Origin: Eledone cirrhosa
Taxonomy: Eukaryota
Assembly (NCBI GenBank): GCA_964016885.1
Contig: OZ024755.1
Span: 37,262,001-37,326,000, forward strand
Reading direction: 5' to 3'
Length of the DNA stretch: 64,000 bases
In this document: positions 36,381-50,335 of the stretch, in pieces
Layout of the letters: each line of letters starts with the position of its first letter
How positions within the stretch are numbered: position 1 is the first letter of the stretch
Made by a program: the position numbers and the translations under genes
The notes under the pieces: model-generated
What the model was told of the DNA's origin: nothing
The model's database searches: none
The model's input: only the letters and a program-made list of their open reading frames with translations

Positions 36381-37221
36381 TATTGTTGTTAATCCCTTTC
36401 ATTAAATGGATCGAAATTATAACATTTTAGAATCTACGCAATGAGGAGTAACCCGGGATTTTCTGTTTAAAATCTGTGTTATTGATATGTTTATCCCTCA
36501 CAAAATTTGAACAAACTAAGTTCATAGTTTTCTGCTCCTGCTGAACTTTACATTTATGGTATTATATTCTATTATGAACGTTGTGTTCTAAATGATTCTT
36601 TAGTCATGGATTTTACTTATCGATTCTTGTCTTTCTAAAAACGATAGGTGGTGTAGGTGTCATGGAGAGTTAATGTGGTTCAAGTAATGATTAAACCAAA
36701 AGAAAATTTAACAAAGTTAATAGCAACCAGCCGAAAAAGCGGGGATTTCATAAATCACGGAGTGGTGTTTAAGGAATATCCGTTGAGGTTCTTTGTTCAA
36801 ATACCACTGTCGTTTGTTGTCCTTTCGGGATCGATAAAATATCAGCTATTAATGACCCGAAGTGATCTGCTACAATCCCCCGCCTCAAATTTATCCCTCT
36901 ACTAGTTTTAGGAATAAATATTAACCATCCTAGCTTTGATTAATTAACATTAACCCCAACAGAATGAATAACAAAGTTGGATTTAGCAATAAGCTAAAGT
37001 TTATAGGTTATACTTGACTAACTCGACAATACATTTTCAACTTATGTAATCTAGCCAAAACTTATGTTGTTATCGATGAGAGTTCAATTGGTCCGTCTTA
37101 CAGGGGGCCACTGAATGTTTCACAGTAAGGTCTTCAGACTTAAACAACATCGAGATGGTGCCGAATTGCCTGCTTTTTGCTATGGAATCTATGTCTTCAT
37201 GGATGCATTTCAACAATAGTT

Positions 37222-37432
37222 TCTTATATAGGCACAAGGCCAGCAATTTTGGGGGAGGGGAAAGTCGATTAAATCGACCCCAGTGCGTGACTGGTACTTT
37301 ATTTTATCGACCCCGTAAGGATGAAAGGCAAAGTTAACCTCGGCGGGATTTGAACTCAGATCATAAAGGGGCGTAACTCTATGCTGCAAAGCATGGCGTC
37401 CGACACCCTACCGATACTGCCAATCCACCACT
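37222..37432 (-). mobile_element. tRNA-derived SINE family 1
   Basis: Reverse complement of the consensus, including A and B boxes. Confidence 0.9.
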
Positions 37433-38087
37433 TAGTAATAACAGCAATAGGATTAATTTACGGCAAATTGGACATTATTTGGAAATCTTTTCTATACAAA
37501 AATATATTTTAAATACATAAGAGAAACTCCGACAAATATATACTTTCCTTTCTTGATAAAATATAAGAGAAGTGTTAGCGCAAGCGTAGTGCAGCGTGGT
37601 AAAACACATAACAACTGGATTATACAATCATAGCTATTTCTCACAAGAATGTTTTTTTAAGGCATTATTACATTACGAAATATGGTGTTATTTGAATTAG
37701 TTTTATGTTACACTCCCAGCATTAGCATTTTCGCAGCTCAGTTACATCTCACAGTACTATGATATGAGTTCTTTTAGTTTGTTTTAGGGTTTGAATCGTG
37801 GCTATGAATACATGTGAAGTGAGAGGACTGAACCTTGTCAACCACACACTAAACAGTTATTAATATATTACCATTCCTAATCTCTTTATCGACCTCCATC
37901 TCATATTTATTCTAAGCGAAAACGGACCTGGAGCTGAACAACAACAACAACAACAACAACACTACCACCACGAACGTCATCAATATTTCCAAAACCATCA
38001 ACAAAGCCAACATTATATCTAATCCAAACACCGCTTTTATCAATACCACTACACAACATCCCCCCCCCCCGCCAACAATACAAATAC

Positions 38088-38600
38088 TTGTTTCTACTTT
38101 AGGCACAAGGCCAGCAATTTTGAGGGAGGAGGGAAAATCGATTAAATCGACCCCAGTGCATTACTGGTGATTTATTTTATCGACCCCGGAAGGATGAAAG
38201 GCAAAGCTAATCTTGGCGGGATTTGGACTCAGAACGTAAAGGGACGTAACTATATGCCAATCCACCAACAATACCAATAATTGTTTCTGCTATAGGCACA
38301 AGGTCAGCAATTTTGAGGGAGGGGGGAAATTGATTAAATCAACCCCAGTGCATTACTGGTACTTTATTTCATCGACACCAGTGCATTACTGGTACTTTAT
38401 TTCATCGACACCAGTGCATTACTGGTACTTTATTTCATCGACCCCAGTGCATTACTGGTACTTTATTTCATCGACCCAGTGCATTACTGGTATTTTATTT
38501 CATCGACCCCAGTGCATTACTGGTATTTTATTTTATCGACTGTCGGCGGGATTCGTACTCAGAACTTAAAGGGCCGTAACTCGATGCCAATCCACCAACA
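38088..38600 (-). mobile_element. Two tandem SINE family 1 copies, the second with an internal 33-bp x6 expansion
   Basis: Unit ATCGACCCCAGTGCATTACTGGTACTTTATTTC repeated across 38338-38540. Confidence 0.85.
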
Positions 38601-38901
38601 ATACCAATAATATTATCATTGTGCCAATGATAAAGTGTTATATGGTCAGGTGAACTACTAAAGATGTCCTTAAAACCTCATCCAATTGTCTTTATAAATA
38701 TCACACCCTTTATGTGGTCCTGGGTGCAATATGTCTAACAAAGAGTTGGGATGGTCACACCTGGAATGTCTTCGACCGAAGTTATACTTTATCAGGGCTA
38801 ATGTATGACTATACATCAACAGAAATATCAGTAGCACCACTGCTCGGTAGAGCGTCAGACACCATGACATTATTTTTAGTTTTATTGGGTGAATAAAACG
38901 A

Positions 38902-39287
38902 ATTGGCAGTATCGGTAGAGGGTTGGACGCCATGCTTTGACGCATAGAGTTACGGCCCTTTTCATTTTGAGTTTAAATCCCGCCAGGGTTAACTTTGCAT
39001 TTCATCCTTACGGGGTCGATAAAATAAAGTACCAGTAATGCACTGGGGTATTTGCTGGCCTTGTGCCAAAAGTAGAAACAATTATTATAACATTTCCACA
39101 GCTTGGTAGAAGTTCCGTCGGTAGAGCGTCAGACACCATGCTTTGCAGCATAGAGTTACGGCCCTTTATGATCTGAGTTCAAATCCCGCCGTGGTTAACT
39201 TTGCTTTTCATCCTTACGAGGTCAGTAAAATAAAGTACCAGTAATGCACTGGGGTATTTGCTGGCCTTGTGCCTAAACTAGAAACAA
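38902..39287 (+). mobile_element. Two tandem SINE family 1 copies
   Basis: 38902-39085 and about 39105-39287 match the consensus. Confidence 0.88.
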
Positions 39288-39339
39288 AACACTATTAAAG
39301 GGAACAAAAATGGCAGAAAATAAAGGAAAGGAAATGAAA

Positions 39340-39342
39340 AGA

Positions 39343-39377
<35 letters not shown>

Positions 39378-39436
39378 GAGAGAGAGAGAAGGGGTAGAGA
39401 AGAAAGAGAGAGAAAGAGCTAACCACCGTTTGGTAG

Positions 39437-39492
<56 letters not shown>

Positions 39493-39494
39493 AA

Positions 39495-39528
<34 letters not shown>

Positions 39529-39720
39529 AGAGAGAAAGAGAGAAAGAGAGATAGAAAGAGAGAGAGAAAGAGCTAACCACCGTTCGCTAGAATGAGAGAG
39601 AGAGAGAGTGAGTGAGTGAGTGAGTGAGTGAGTGAGTGAGTGAGTGAGTGAGTAAGTGAGAGAGAGGGAGAGAGAGAGAGAGAGAGAGAGTTAACCAGCG
39701 TTCAGGAGGATGAGAAAGCT
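39340..39720. repeat. (GA)n/(GTGA)n compound repeat with recurring AACCACCGTT motif
   Basis: Direct inspection. Confidence 0.9.
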
Positions 39721-39981
39721 ATTGTGTAACATGCAGTAGAACGTCTTTGAAAACACATCAAAGGAAATGTTTAAAAACTATGAAAGTTTAAATGGCACGA
39801 CAGCAATGAAAATATATTTAACAATAGCAACAACGACTTCAATATCGACAGTAATAGTTTCTGGTTTAGGCACAAAGCCGACAATTTGGGGGAAAGGGAA
39901 AGTCGATTAAATATTTTAAGGTCGAAGTAATAGATTATATTCCTCCCCAAGAAGAATTGGACTTCTGCCTAATTGTGAAAC

Positions 39982-40296
39982 CTATCCTGGAAACGACATC
40001 CCACCTTGTCTAAAATCTATGGCAAACTCCCTCGAGCCTCTGCCCTTCTAAAATCCCGGAGAGCTCAATTTGCTGGCCACTGTCACCGTGCCAGCAATGA
40101 AATCATATCCGCTCTCTTGCTCTGGAACCCTGACTCCAGCCTGACTAGGTGTAGGAAGCTGTCATTCCCTGACGTTATCTCTAGGGATACGGGAATCAGT
40201 AGACAGGACCTGGGGGCAGCGATGGGGGACAGGGAAATTCTGGGGCACGAGAGTGAGATCCATCATCTCGACAGTAGTCGACGAATGATGATGATG
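39982..40296 (+). mobile_element. 5'-truncated RTE LINE with 11-bp TSD, nested in an older LINE end
   Basis: SWKRHPTLSKIYGKLP...RAQFAGHCHRA...KLSFPDVISRD; (ATG)n tail; TSD AATTGTGAAAC at 39971-39981 and 40297-40307; the empty site is visible in the paralog near 34415. Confidence 0.9.
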
Positions 40297-40534
40297 AATT
40301 GTGAAACAAACTCTGATCTACATGTTTTCACATCATCACTGCCGAGGCTCGGCGTCGATAGACAATAGCACCAATGCTAATCTATTTGATGATTCGTTCT
40401 AGACGCTAACTCCACTTGTTGTAGACTGTACATCAACATGTGATATCTCTCTCCACAAAGTTCGATCACCAACAGCAGAGTTCAAAGAGCAAAGGTCAAG
40501 TCCAGTCCATAAGTTGACATTGTCAAGCCATCGT

Positions 40535-41420
40535 TTTTCTCTCTCTCACACATACACACACACACTTTTGCTCTCATCACCATTTCTCTCGCTCTCTTCT
40601 CTCTCTCTCTCATTATCACTATTTCTCTCCCCCTCTCTCTGTCTCTCTCATTATCACCATTTCTCCCCCTCTCTTCTCTCTCTCTCTCATTATCACCATT
40701 TCTCTCCCCCCTCTCTCTCTCTCATTATCACCATTTCTCTCGCTCTATTCTCTCTCTCTCTCATTATCACAATTTCTCTCCTCTCTCCTCTCTCTCTCTC
40801 TCTCTCTCATTATCACCATTTCTCTCCCCCCCTCTCTCTCTCTCTCATTATCACCATTTCTCTCGCTCTCTTCTTTCTCTGTCTCTCTCATTATCACAAT
40901 TTCTCTCCCCCCTCTCTCTCTCTCATTATCACCATTTCTCTCGCTCTATTCTCTCTCTCTCTCATTATCCCCATTTCTCTCCTCTCTCCTCTCTCTCTCT
41001 CTCTCTCTCATTATCACCATTTCTCTCCCCCCCTCTCTCTCTCTCTCATTATCACCATTTCTCTCGCTCTATTCTCTCTCTCTCTCATTATCACCATTTC
41101 TCTCCCTCCTCTCCCTCTCTCATTATCAGAATTTCTCTCCCCCGTCTCTCTCTCTCTCTCATTATCACCATTCCCCCCTCTCTCAATATCACCATTTCTC
41201 TCCCCTCTCTCTCACTCTCATTATCACCATGTCTCTCCCCTCTCTCTCACTCTCTCATTATCACCATTTCTCTCGCTCTCTTCTCTCTCTCTCATTATCA
41301 CCATTTCTCTCCTCTCTCGCTCTCATTATCACAATTTCTCTCTCTGGCCCCTCTGCCCCTCCCCCCCTCTCTCTCTCATTATCATCGTTTCTCTTCTCTC
41401 TTTCTCCCGTTATCACTATT
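40535..41420. repeat. (CT)n-rich minisatellite with CATTATCACCATTT core
   Basis: Direct inspection; explains the 400-aa S/L-rich ORF. Confidence 0.93.
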
Positions 41421-41867
41421 CCTTCTTTTCCTATATCCGCCATTTTATTACATTAGTGTATCTACCATTCTTTCAGCATGTTTTTCTCAGGTTTTGTTTA
41501 CCATTCACCCTGCTTCAATATCTAATTCTCGTCCTACCAATCACATCTACTTTCTATTCTCTCCTTGTAATTTGTTATTCTTTTACACAAGCAATAAAAT
41601 ACAACTTTATTACTTCAATAGTTTTTTTTTTGTTCAAGATGAAGACTAGTTCGATAAATCTAACTCCAGCTTCCTTCTTCAACAAAAGATGTCTCAATCA
41701 GAGTATGAACAAGTAGAAAAGAGAATATTCGTTTTTGAAAGTAAAAATTAATATTATACTTCCTAGGAATCTGAGTCTTCACACATCAGAACACATTTCA
41801 AATCCTCCCTTTGTAACGAAGAATGGAACAGAAGGAAGATGATTAAAGAAAGTTTGACTATCTAGAA

Positions 41868-42157
41868 CAGTCATGGGCAACTTGCGGCCCGCGAAGCTTT
41901 CTGAATAACTCACCTAAGTCACCTGAGTGAAATCTTTCTGATTTTTTTACCCCAACTTTTCAGTCGTAATTTATCTTTCTATCATTTTAACGATCGAGGA
42001 AAACAACGTGTACGAATTCTGAAGAAAAAATCGAAACAACCTGAGTTACTGCCCCTTTTTTTAATGTGGGCACGAATGTAAATTAGCGCTTGCGGCCCGC
42101 CTGATGATGAGCCATATCTCATGCGGCCCGCTTCTCGGAAAAGGTTGCCAATGCCTG
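41868..42157. mobile_element. hAT (Charlie-like) MITE with 8-bp TSD
   Basis: TIRs CAGTCATGGGCAAC / GTTGCCAATGCCTG, subterminal GCGGCCCGC repeats, TSD ATCTAGAA on both sides. Confidence 0.92.
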
Positions 42158-42833
42158 ATCTAGAACATATTTAAGAAGAGTAATAATTTTCAATCATATT
42201 ATCCTGTATAATCTGCTCTAGACTTTCAAATATTTTCACAGGATCTCTGTAAAATATCCTTTGTAATCTACGAAGAACGGACACAGGAATGACAGGGTAA
42301 CGATTTGTGGTATCTCAGCATCTAATAAAATATTATGTATATATTTGAGTGTGTGTGGGTGGGGTGGGGGGATGTATGCCCCCCCCTCTCTCTCTCTCTG
42401 TTCACGCACGAGATAATGTATGCATAGAAAAGGGGGAATGCAATGATAGAGGCAGGAAACTGAATGTTAGATGCAGCATCGTCACAATACCATTCTTTGG
42501 CCAACACATTTAGGCAGATATAGATCGATTTAATCAATGCATGTATATCATATAACAGCTACGTATGGTATGTAGTGTTTGTAGGGAGTTATTGATAAGC
42601 TTTCCTTTACACAAATCATAACGAAAACAAGTTAAATGTAAATGAGAATAGTGTCTAACGTTATTTATAACTAAGTAGACTAAACCAAGAACTTATATTT
42701 ATATAGAGTGTTATTATATATATATATTTATATATGATGCAAGAGATGTCAACATGAATGGACCTGTTATCTAAAGACATTTTTTCCAATTCCATCCCGC
42801 CCGTCCCCTCAATCTATCTTATTTCTCATACTT

Positions 42834-42869
42834 TCTTCTGATGAAGGACTAGCGTCCGAAACGTTAAGA
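42834..42869 (+). ncRNA. Minimal type-I hammerhead ribozyme (family A)
   Basis: TCTT-CTGATGA-A-GGAC TAGC GTCC-GAAA-CG-TT-AAGA, inside a ~165-bp repeat (about 42795-42958) that ends in (TA)n. Confidence 0.85.
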
Positions 42870-42953
42870 CCCTCTTGCTGCTATATCAAGTGTTAACCTA
42901 ATATATCCTTTCCATATACTGTACCGATTGTGTTGTTATTTCTGTTTACCTTT

Positions 42954-43079
<126 letters not shown>

Positions 43080-43368
43080 CGTGTGTATATAAACCTTGCC
43101 TCTTAATTTTAAATCTTTAATTTTTAGTTTTTAATTCTTATTAATTCTTTTTAATTGTAATACTCAACATTTGATAAAATTAATTTTAATAATGCATCGA
43201 AACCGGTAATACTTTATATACTTTATATACTTTATATACTCCTTTTTAAAAGAATTGTCCCGCGCATTTTTTCAATAATGTCACTTTGACGAATCAAAGA
43301 AAGGGAAAAAAAGAAAAACAGACCCTAAAATATATTTTCCGTGCTATTCCCAACTTTTCTCTCTCTCT

Positions 43369-43870
<502 letters not shown>

Positions 43871-44020
43871 AGTAAAAAGCAAGTAAGCTAATGAGGAGGC
43901 GAGATAAGTGATTAGTTATGCAGGTTACTAGCCAGTAGAGAGAAGGTTAGAGTGCTCAATGCATACAGGTGGTTAGACTAGTGAGCTACTTAACACAACA
44001 TCATTATTAACGATATTGAA

Positions 44021-44126
44021 GGTGGTGGATTGGCAGTATCGGTAGAGGGTCGAACGTCATGCTTTGACGCATAGAGTTACGGCCCTTGCCATTATGAGTT
44101 CAAATCCCGCCGAGGTCAAATTTGCC
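44021..44126 (+). mobile_element. SINE family 1 head (3'-truncated)
   Basis: A and B boxes present; homology stops at TTTGCC. Confidence 0.85.
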
Positions 44127-44640
44127 ATCCCACCCGACGAGCCCATACCATGGCTGGCTGCATCTGTCCTTGTCGGAATCGAGGACAGGACAACGAAGCT
44201 GCAAGTGCAGAGCATGGGAGGGAGCACTGGTCAGGTATTGGAATGTAAAGGCTAATCCAAACTGACCAGCAGTGTATCGAGGCAATCCCGGACATCATAG
44301 ACCTCGAAGGAGTCTCACTGCCCATAAATGAGGTAAGAAGACTCCCAAAGTGTTATCTCTGTGGGTCGAAGGGTCAACTCAGTGTCTTTTGCCCGCAGAA
44401 GACAGCAAAGGAGAAGGCCAGGCCCCCTCCTTCCGACGCCTGATCCGTTGCTACCAGGAGCAGGACAGTCAACAGAGGTGTCAGAGATTTCGGCGGTAAG
44501 TAGGAGGGCACTCATACCAAGGCCACGGTCAACTAAAACAGCGGCAGCAGTGGCGGCAACACCAACAGTCGCTTTTCAGCATCATGGAGGAGCAAGCAAT
44601 GTGGCAACAGTCTGGCTCGTTCCTCTCTCAGTCAAAAACA
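44127..44640 (+). pseudogene. Decayed Tx1/L1-like ORF1 fragment
   Basis: IEAIPDIIDLEGVSLPINEVRRLPKCYLCGSKGQLSVFCP resembles family A ORF1 ISGIPDRVLLDG...EGRRPSCYHCAGRGHLRTACP; frameshifts and stops present. Confidence 0.65.
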
Positions 44641-44995
44641 TAAACACACATGTTTTCCTCTCTTTTTTTTCTGTGCTTTTCCTTAAAGCCTACCACCATT
44701 CCGTTGGTATACATCTATTATGCAATTTACACCTGAAGATGTCACCGGCTTCTTACGCAACCTGGTCACTGAAATGTACACAGTGTTTGCAGAAATAAAA
44801 AAATAAGGAAATTCAACATATTTGGCCTACTGTCATTTCAGTTTAAAATACATTTATTCCGTTCACGCACCACCAACAGGATTCAACATTGGAGATGGAT
44901 GAGTTGCATAACGTCGAGTGCTTTTCTTGCATTACGTCAAGATTAACATTGCAGAATGACCAATTCTATCCAGTGGTAAACCACCAAATTTAAAC

Positions 44996-45051
<56 letters not shown>

Positions 45052-45251
45052 CTAGAAATTGATCAACATACATATAAAAAAATATAAACATGAATAATCA
45101 CAGGAGATAATTTTTACAAGCGCGTAACCACGCATGGATAGTAGGTAAGAAATAAATAAAGTTAACTAGAACTTCAAAAATAGATACCTTTTAATGAGTG
45201 ACACCCACAATTTCGATTTAGATTGAATTCATTTATCTTAATTTTGGATAT

Positions 45252-45344
<93 letters not shown>

Positions 45345-45364
45345 AAGAGTTGTAGATGATAGAC

Positions 45365-45412
<48 letters not shown>

Positions 45413-47321
45413 TTCTTTATTAGCCACAAGGGCGCAACAAGAAAGGGGACAATACAAAGGCATGCCGGGGATTTTACATACAGTCGTGTAAAAAATATAA
45501 AAACAAACAATTTCAACAATCGAAATCCCCAATAGGGGGGAGGCGCCACAAATGGGTTGTTTAATACCCCGTCGATAGAACAACCCTCAACTCGAGGAGC
45601 GTGTTGTGCAAGTGCTCCTTTCTTCCTTTTGCTCTCTTCCTCAACCTACAGGCTTATAAACAGAGAAGGCCCAATCACTCGGGCCATTTTCGCTTCATTC
45701 ACCCACCTTTCAGTAAATTTACTGGGGTGCAGTGCCTCTCTCTCCACCCTGATTCTCCTTCTAAAGTGATACTTAAAGAAGGGAATCAATTGTTGTCCGG
45801 AGAGAAAGGCATCTGTCCTCAGTCCTCTCAACCTCGTCCACCATATAACTTCTTTCACCATAGCCACCGTACAGAGGAAAACCGCCTCTCTTTCGTTTTT
45901 GAAAGAGTCTGGCGGTTTGATCCTTACTATGGACTCGGCAGTCAACTGTATTTGTCCCATACGCGACAGCAGTTGTTCTGCATAGTTCCACAGGTCGCTT
46001 ACGCCCGGGCAGTGTACAATTGCGTGCAGAACTGTTTCAATGTCCTGCGCACATCTTGGACACGTCCTCTTGGAAGGATCCCTGCCAGGGCGTCCGTGCC
46101 TGTAGATCTTGTCACGAACCGGTAGAGATCCTCGGTAGCACTGCCAGGCCAGAGACCTCTGGAAGTTGTCCAAAGGTCCCGGGCGGAAAGTCCTACCAAA
46201 CATACTGGTGAGCTCATCGTCTTCGACGCCCAGAGTCTCTCCGAGCACGTCGTCGCCCTTGTAACGTACAATCCCTCTATAGAATGTCGAAGTGGAGTCT
46301 CCACTGATTGCTGCGCCCGCTTGCCAGAGGACTGTGAGCGCCTGAGCGCATTCAATGTGCCAGGCGCCCATCGTTTTCGGTCTTTTCTTCACCCAGGACT
46401 GCAGCTCCGTTAGCGAGACGAGCTGTGGGAAAGCCTGTCTCACAAACGGTGCCCACACCGGTTGGGGGTCGGTGAGGAATACCTGGAGATGCCGCAGCCT
46501 CAGCGCATGTTTGCGCATCATCAGCCACGGCATTCCCAGCCCTCCGTTGGAAGGGTGCTGACAGCAGACGGATCTCCTCACCAGCGGAGCCTGCTTCTTC
46601 CACAGAAACTGGAAGAGCATGCGTTCCATCTTGGCGAGGTGTTCACGGGGACAAGGCACGACAGTCAAGCGGTAGTAGATGACGGACGCTATGAAAGTGT
46701 TCGCCACCTCCGCTCGACCTTTCAAGGACAGTTTGCACTCTGCCCACTTCTGAGTGAGTGCAAACACCTTGGCCGTGACCTCGTTCCAGTTTTTCTCCAC
46801 CTGGAGGTCTGGACCGAACCAGACCCCGAGCAATTTCACCGGTCCGTCCGTCCAGCGTCCAACGACGCTGTCGGATGTCATCGGTTTGCCTCTCCACGTA
46901 CCGAGTTGCAAACCGACAGACTTGTCTGGGTTTAGTTTTGCTCCCGTCAGCGTTTCGTATTCTTTCAGTATGTTGCCGATCACCCCGATTTCCGAGGTGC
47001 TCGACACCATTACTGTCACGTCGTCGGCATAAGCCGACGCCGCTTTGCGCAGTCCCGGTTCTAGGGGGATGCCCTGCAACAGCTCCAATTTCCGCAGTAG
47101 TGGCTCTAGAGTCAATACATACAGAATGGAGGAGAGAGGGCATCCCTGTCGAATGGAACGCGTGATTGCGAACGGCTCCGATAGGTAGCCGTTCACCTTG
47201 ACCCTCGAGCAGATGCTGGTGTGCATCGCCTCGATCCATCCTCTGAACACGGGACCGAAACCGGCCGCCTTGAGAACCGCTTCCAAGTATCGATGGTCGA
47301 CCCTATCGAATGCCTTAGACT

Positions 47322-47324
<3 letters not shown>
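45413..47324 (-). mobile_element. Tx1-like family B, 5'-truncated (RT C-half to 3'UTR), inside (GATA)n
   Basis: Open 546-aa frame 45646-47286 highly similar to family A ORF2 (RQGCPLS, YADD, CPRC); long GATA arrays on both flanks; GAT microhomology at the 5' junction. Confidence 0.95.
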
Positions 47325-47405
<81 letters not shown>

Positions 47406-48097
47406 GATAAATAGATAGATAGATAGATAGATTGTACTATTCTCACATCGTATATTACATCATTCTTGTAGTAGCGTGTGTATTTTTCTTGTGCTGAGAG
47501 ACATAACCACTGTTCCGTTAGTTCAAGCATCAATTAGATAAGATATCAAAGCCGAAAGTTTTGTAAATATTGTAACGAAATTTTTGTTGACCTTTCTTGT
47601 TACGGTGGAGCTAGTGTTGTTACATTCGGTTGGTCTTTGACGGGAGAGTTTCATGTTTTCTTTCTGTGGATTAATCACGTTTCAACATTGTAATTCCCCA
47701 GATCTTATGACAGCATTTAGATACCAATTTGCTAATTTATGTGAAATAGTTACGCAGTGCAGAGTTAACATTACTTAGATCCATTATGTAATGCATGTTA
47801 TATTCGATCATTGATCTGTCAATATTGACAGGGTCAACACACTAGTCAACACACTAGTCTTTCAATTTCCATACATTTTGCTTTATGTCCTATCTTTCCC
47901 CTCTTTTCTTCATTCCTGAAAGACGGCTTTGAATATACCGTATAATATGCTTTCCTTTTGAACATGTATTTCGCACATACCGTATAATTTGTTTCCTTTG
48001 CTTCCGATATAATTGCTTTACTTAAGTATTTGCCATTAATAGGATATATCTCGTCAGTCCATCGCCATTCTGATCGGCGTTTCAGAACTTGTATAAA

Positions 48098-48283
48098 CGA
48101 GAGTCGGCTGAAAAGTCCATAGGCTGTCCAAAATACTCTCCAAATGAGTTGTATTTTTCAACATATTCCCCGGAAAGAATCAATGAAATTATTGATAACA
48201 AGATTTGAAATTAATGCATGCAAGATTTCACAGCTCTAGCATCACTCCTTCAGAGTCAGCCTATGAAAGTTTTCAGTCGCCCG
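48098..48283. mobile_element. Mariner-like MITE (degenerate ~29-bp TIRs)
   Basis: CGAGAGTCGGCTGAAAAGTCCATAGGCTG ... CAGCCTATGAAAGTTTTCAGTCGCCCG. Confidence 0.6.
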
Positions 48284-48329
48284 ATATAATTCGTATGGCT
48301 ATATAATTTAGCTTGGTGGTGTTTATAGT

Positions 48330-48537
48330 AATTTAGTAGAAATAGAAGCTTACGCCGTATTTTTTACTAAAGATATTTTAGCCTGATAGTGGAGATTAAA
48401 ACCCTCTAAACATGGAAAAGGATGAGTATTGACGTCAATGTTTATCTTTTTCTAATTTTAGAGGGTTTTAAACTCTACTATCAGGCTAAAATGTCTTCAG
48501 TCAAAAATACGGCGTAAGCTTCTATTTCTACTAAATT
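48330..48537. mobile_element. Palindromic MITE / 208-bp hairpin
   Basis: AATTTAGTAGAAATAGAAGCTTACGCCGTATTTTT...centre TTGACGTCAA...AAAAATACGGCGTAAGCTTCTATTTCTACTAAATT. Confidence 0.82.
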
Positions 48538-48586
48538 TCAAACTTCGTTCGCTGTTTCAAAACAAATACTTGTCAATCATAGTATA

Positions 48587-49152
48587 TCATCATCATCATC
48601 AGGCAGCCTCAGCTAAGATCGACTCAACAATTGATCTTCACGTGGGTCTGTCGTTCATTGCCGTTGCCAAGTCCTGGATTTCAATACCAGAATCTCTGGC
48701 GATGACATTGGGGTAGGAGAGCTTGTATCCCTTGTTATTAGTGACTGTTTGTGGTTTCCAAAGCACTAATGGGGACACAGCCTCATTGGTGGCATGATGG
48801 CAGTGGCCAGCAAATCAGGATAGGAGAGCCTGCGCCCCCTGTTATTAGTGACTGCTTGTGGTTTCCAAAGCACTAATGGGGACACAGCCTCATTGGTGGC
48901 ACGATGGCAGTGGCCAGCAAATCGGGATAGGAGAGCTTGTGTCTCCTGTTATCAGTGACTGCTTGTGGTTTCCAAAGCACTAATGGGGACACAGCCTCAT
49001 TGGTGGCACGATGGCAGTGGTCAGCAAATCTTACTCTCCTCTTACGTACATTTACAGATAAGCGTGGGCGGCCGACATATATCTCTCTCAAAGTCAGATG
49101 TCGCCATCTTATGTTCTGAATGCATTGAAGCAGACGAGTGTAAGTGCCATCA
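48587..49152 (-). mobile_element. RTE LINE 3' fragment (10213 family) with three ~107-bp units
   Basis: REIYVGRPRLSVNVRKRRVRFADHCHR; (CAT)n at the left end. Confidence 0.88.
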
Positions 49153-49269
49153 AGCTATAAAGTATATAGTAAATATGGCTGGTTGTGTAATATTTTCAAA
49201 TTAGATCTAAATTCTTTCTCACTACATTTTATTCTGTATAGTTGATGAACATTAATTAAACACGTGATC

Positions 49270-49556
49270 TAACATGTGGCGCTGTATGTTGCATTGATGT
49301 AACATGTGACTCTGTGTGTTGCACTAATGTAACATGTGTCTCTGTGTGTTGCACTGGTGTAACATGTGTCTCTGTGTGTTGCACTGGTGTAACATGTGTC
49401 TCTGTGTGTTGCACTGGTGTAACATGTCTCTGTGTGTTGCACTGGTGTAACATGTCTCTGTGTGTTGCACTGGTGTAACATGTGTCTGTGTGTGTTGCAC
49501 TGGTGTAACATGTGTCTGTGTGTTGCACTGGTGTAACATGTGTCTGTGTGTTGCAC
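49270..49556. repeat. 28/30-bp minisatellite TGTTGCACTGGTGTAACATGTGTCTCTGTG
   Basis: About 9 tandem units. Confidence 0.93.
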
Positions 49557-49642
49557 TACTGCTCACACTTGTTTTGCAGGACGATATTGACATTTTTCTG
49601 CAAACCCGTTGTTTTCTTATGTGTAATTGTAATAACCTCACC

Positions 49643-50053
49643 GATATGTTAAAGGATGCCCTGCTTGAGGATATGTTAAAGGAGGCCCTGCTTGAGGATA
49701 TGTTAAATGAAGGCCTGCTTGAGGATATGTTAAAGGATGCCCTGCTTGAGGATATGTTAAATGAGGGCCTGCTTGAGGATATGTTAAGGGAGGCCCTGCT
49801 TGAGGATATGTTAAATGAGGGCCTGCTTGAGGATATGTTTTTAGATGCCCTGCTTGAGGATACGTTAAAGGATGCCCTGCTTGAGGATATGTTAAATGAG
49901 GCCCTGCTTGAGGATATGTTAAAGGAGGCCCTGCTTGAGGATATGTTAAAGGCGGCCCTGCTTGTGGCTATGTTAAAGAAGCCCTGCTTGAGGATATTCT
50001 AAAGGAGTCTCTACTTGAGGATATATTAAAGGAGGCCCTGCTTGAGTATATGT
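49643..50053. repeat. 27-bp minisatellite GATATGTTAAAGGAGGCCCTGCTTGAG
   Basis: About 15 tandem units. Confidence 0.95.
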
Positions 50054-50335
50054 AAGATAATCTCCAGTTTATATACAACTTTTCTGTGCAAATAAAGAAC
50101 TATTTACTTAATGTACGGCCATTTATAAGATGCGAAACCCTAAACCTACTGTAAGTTCATACCAGACGCCCTTTTTTGCTGCTGAAAGTAAACATTAATG
50201 TGATTTTATGGATAGCGTTTTGCTTATGTCAGACGCCGTGACCCCGGATGGACCAACAGTACCGTTGTTAGGTTTCCAAACCGCCCAAGTCCATCTCAAC
50301 GGCTGATGACCATGGAATCCTGTGTCCTTCGTTTG

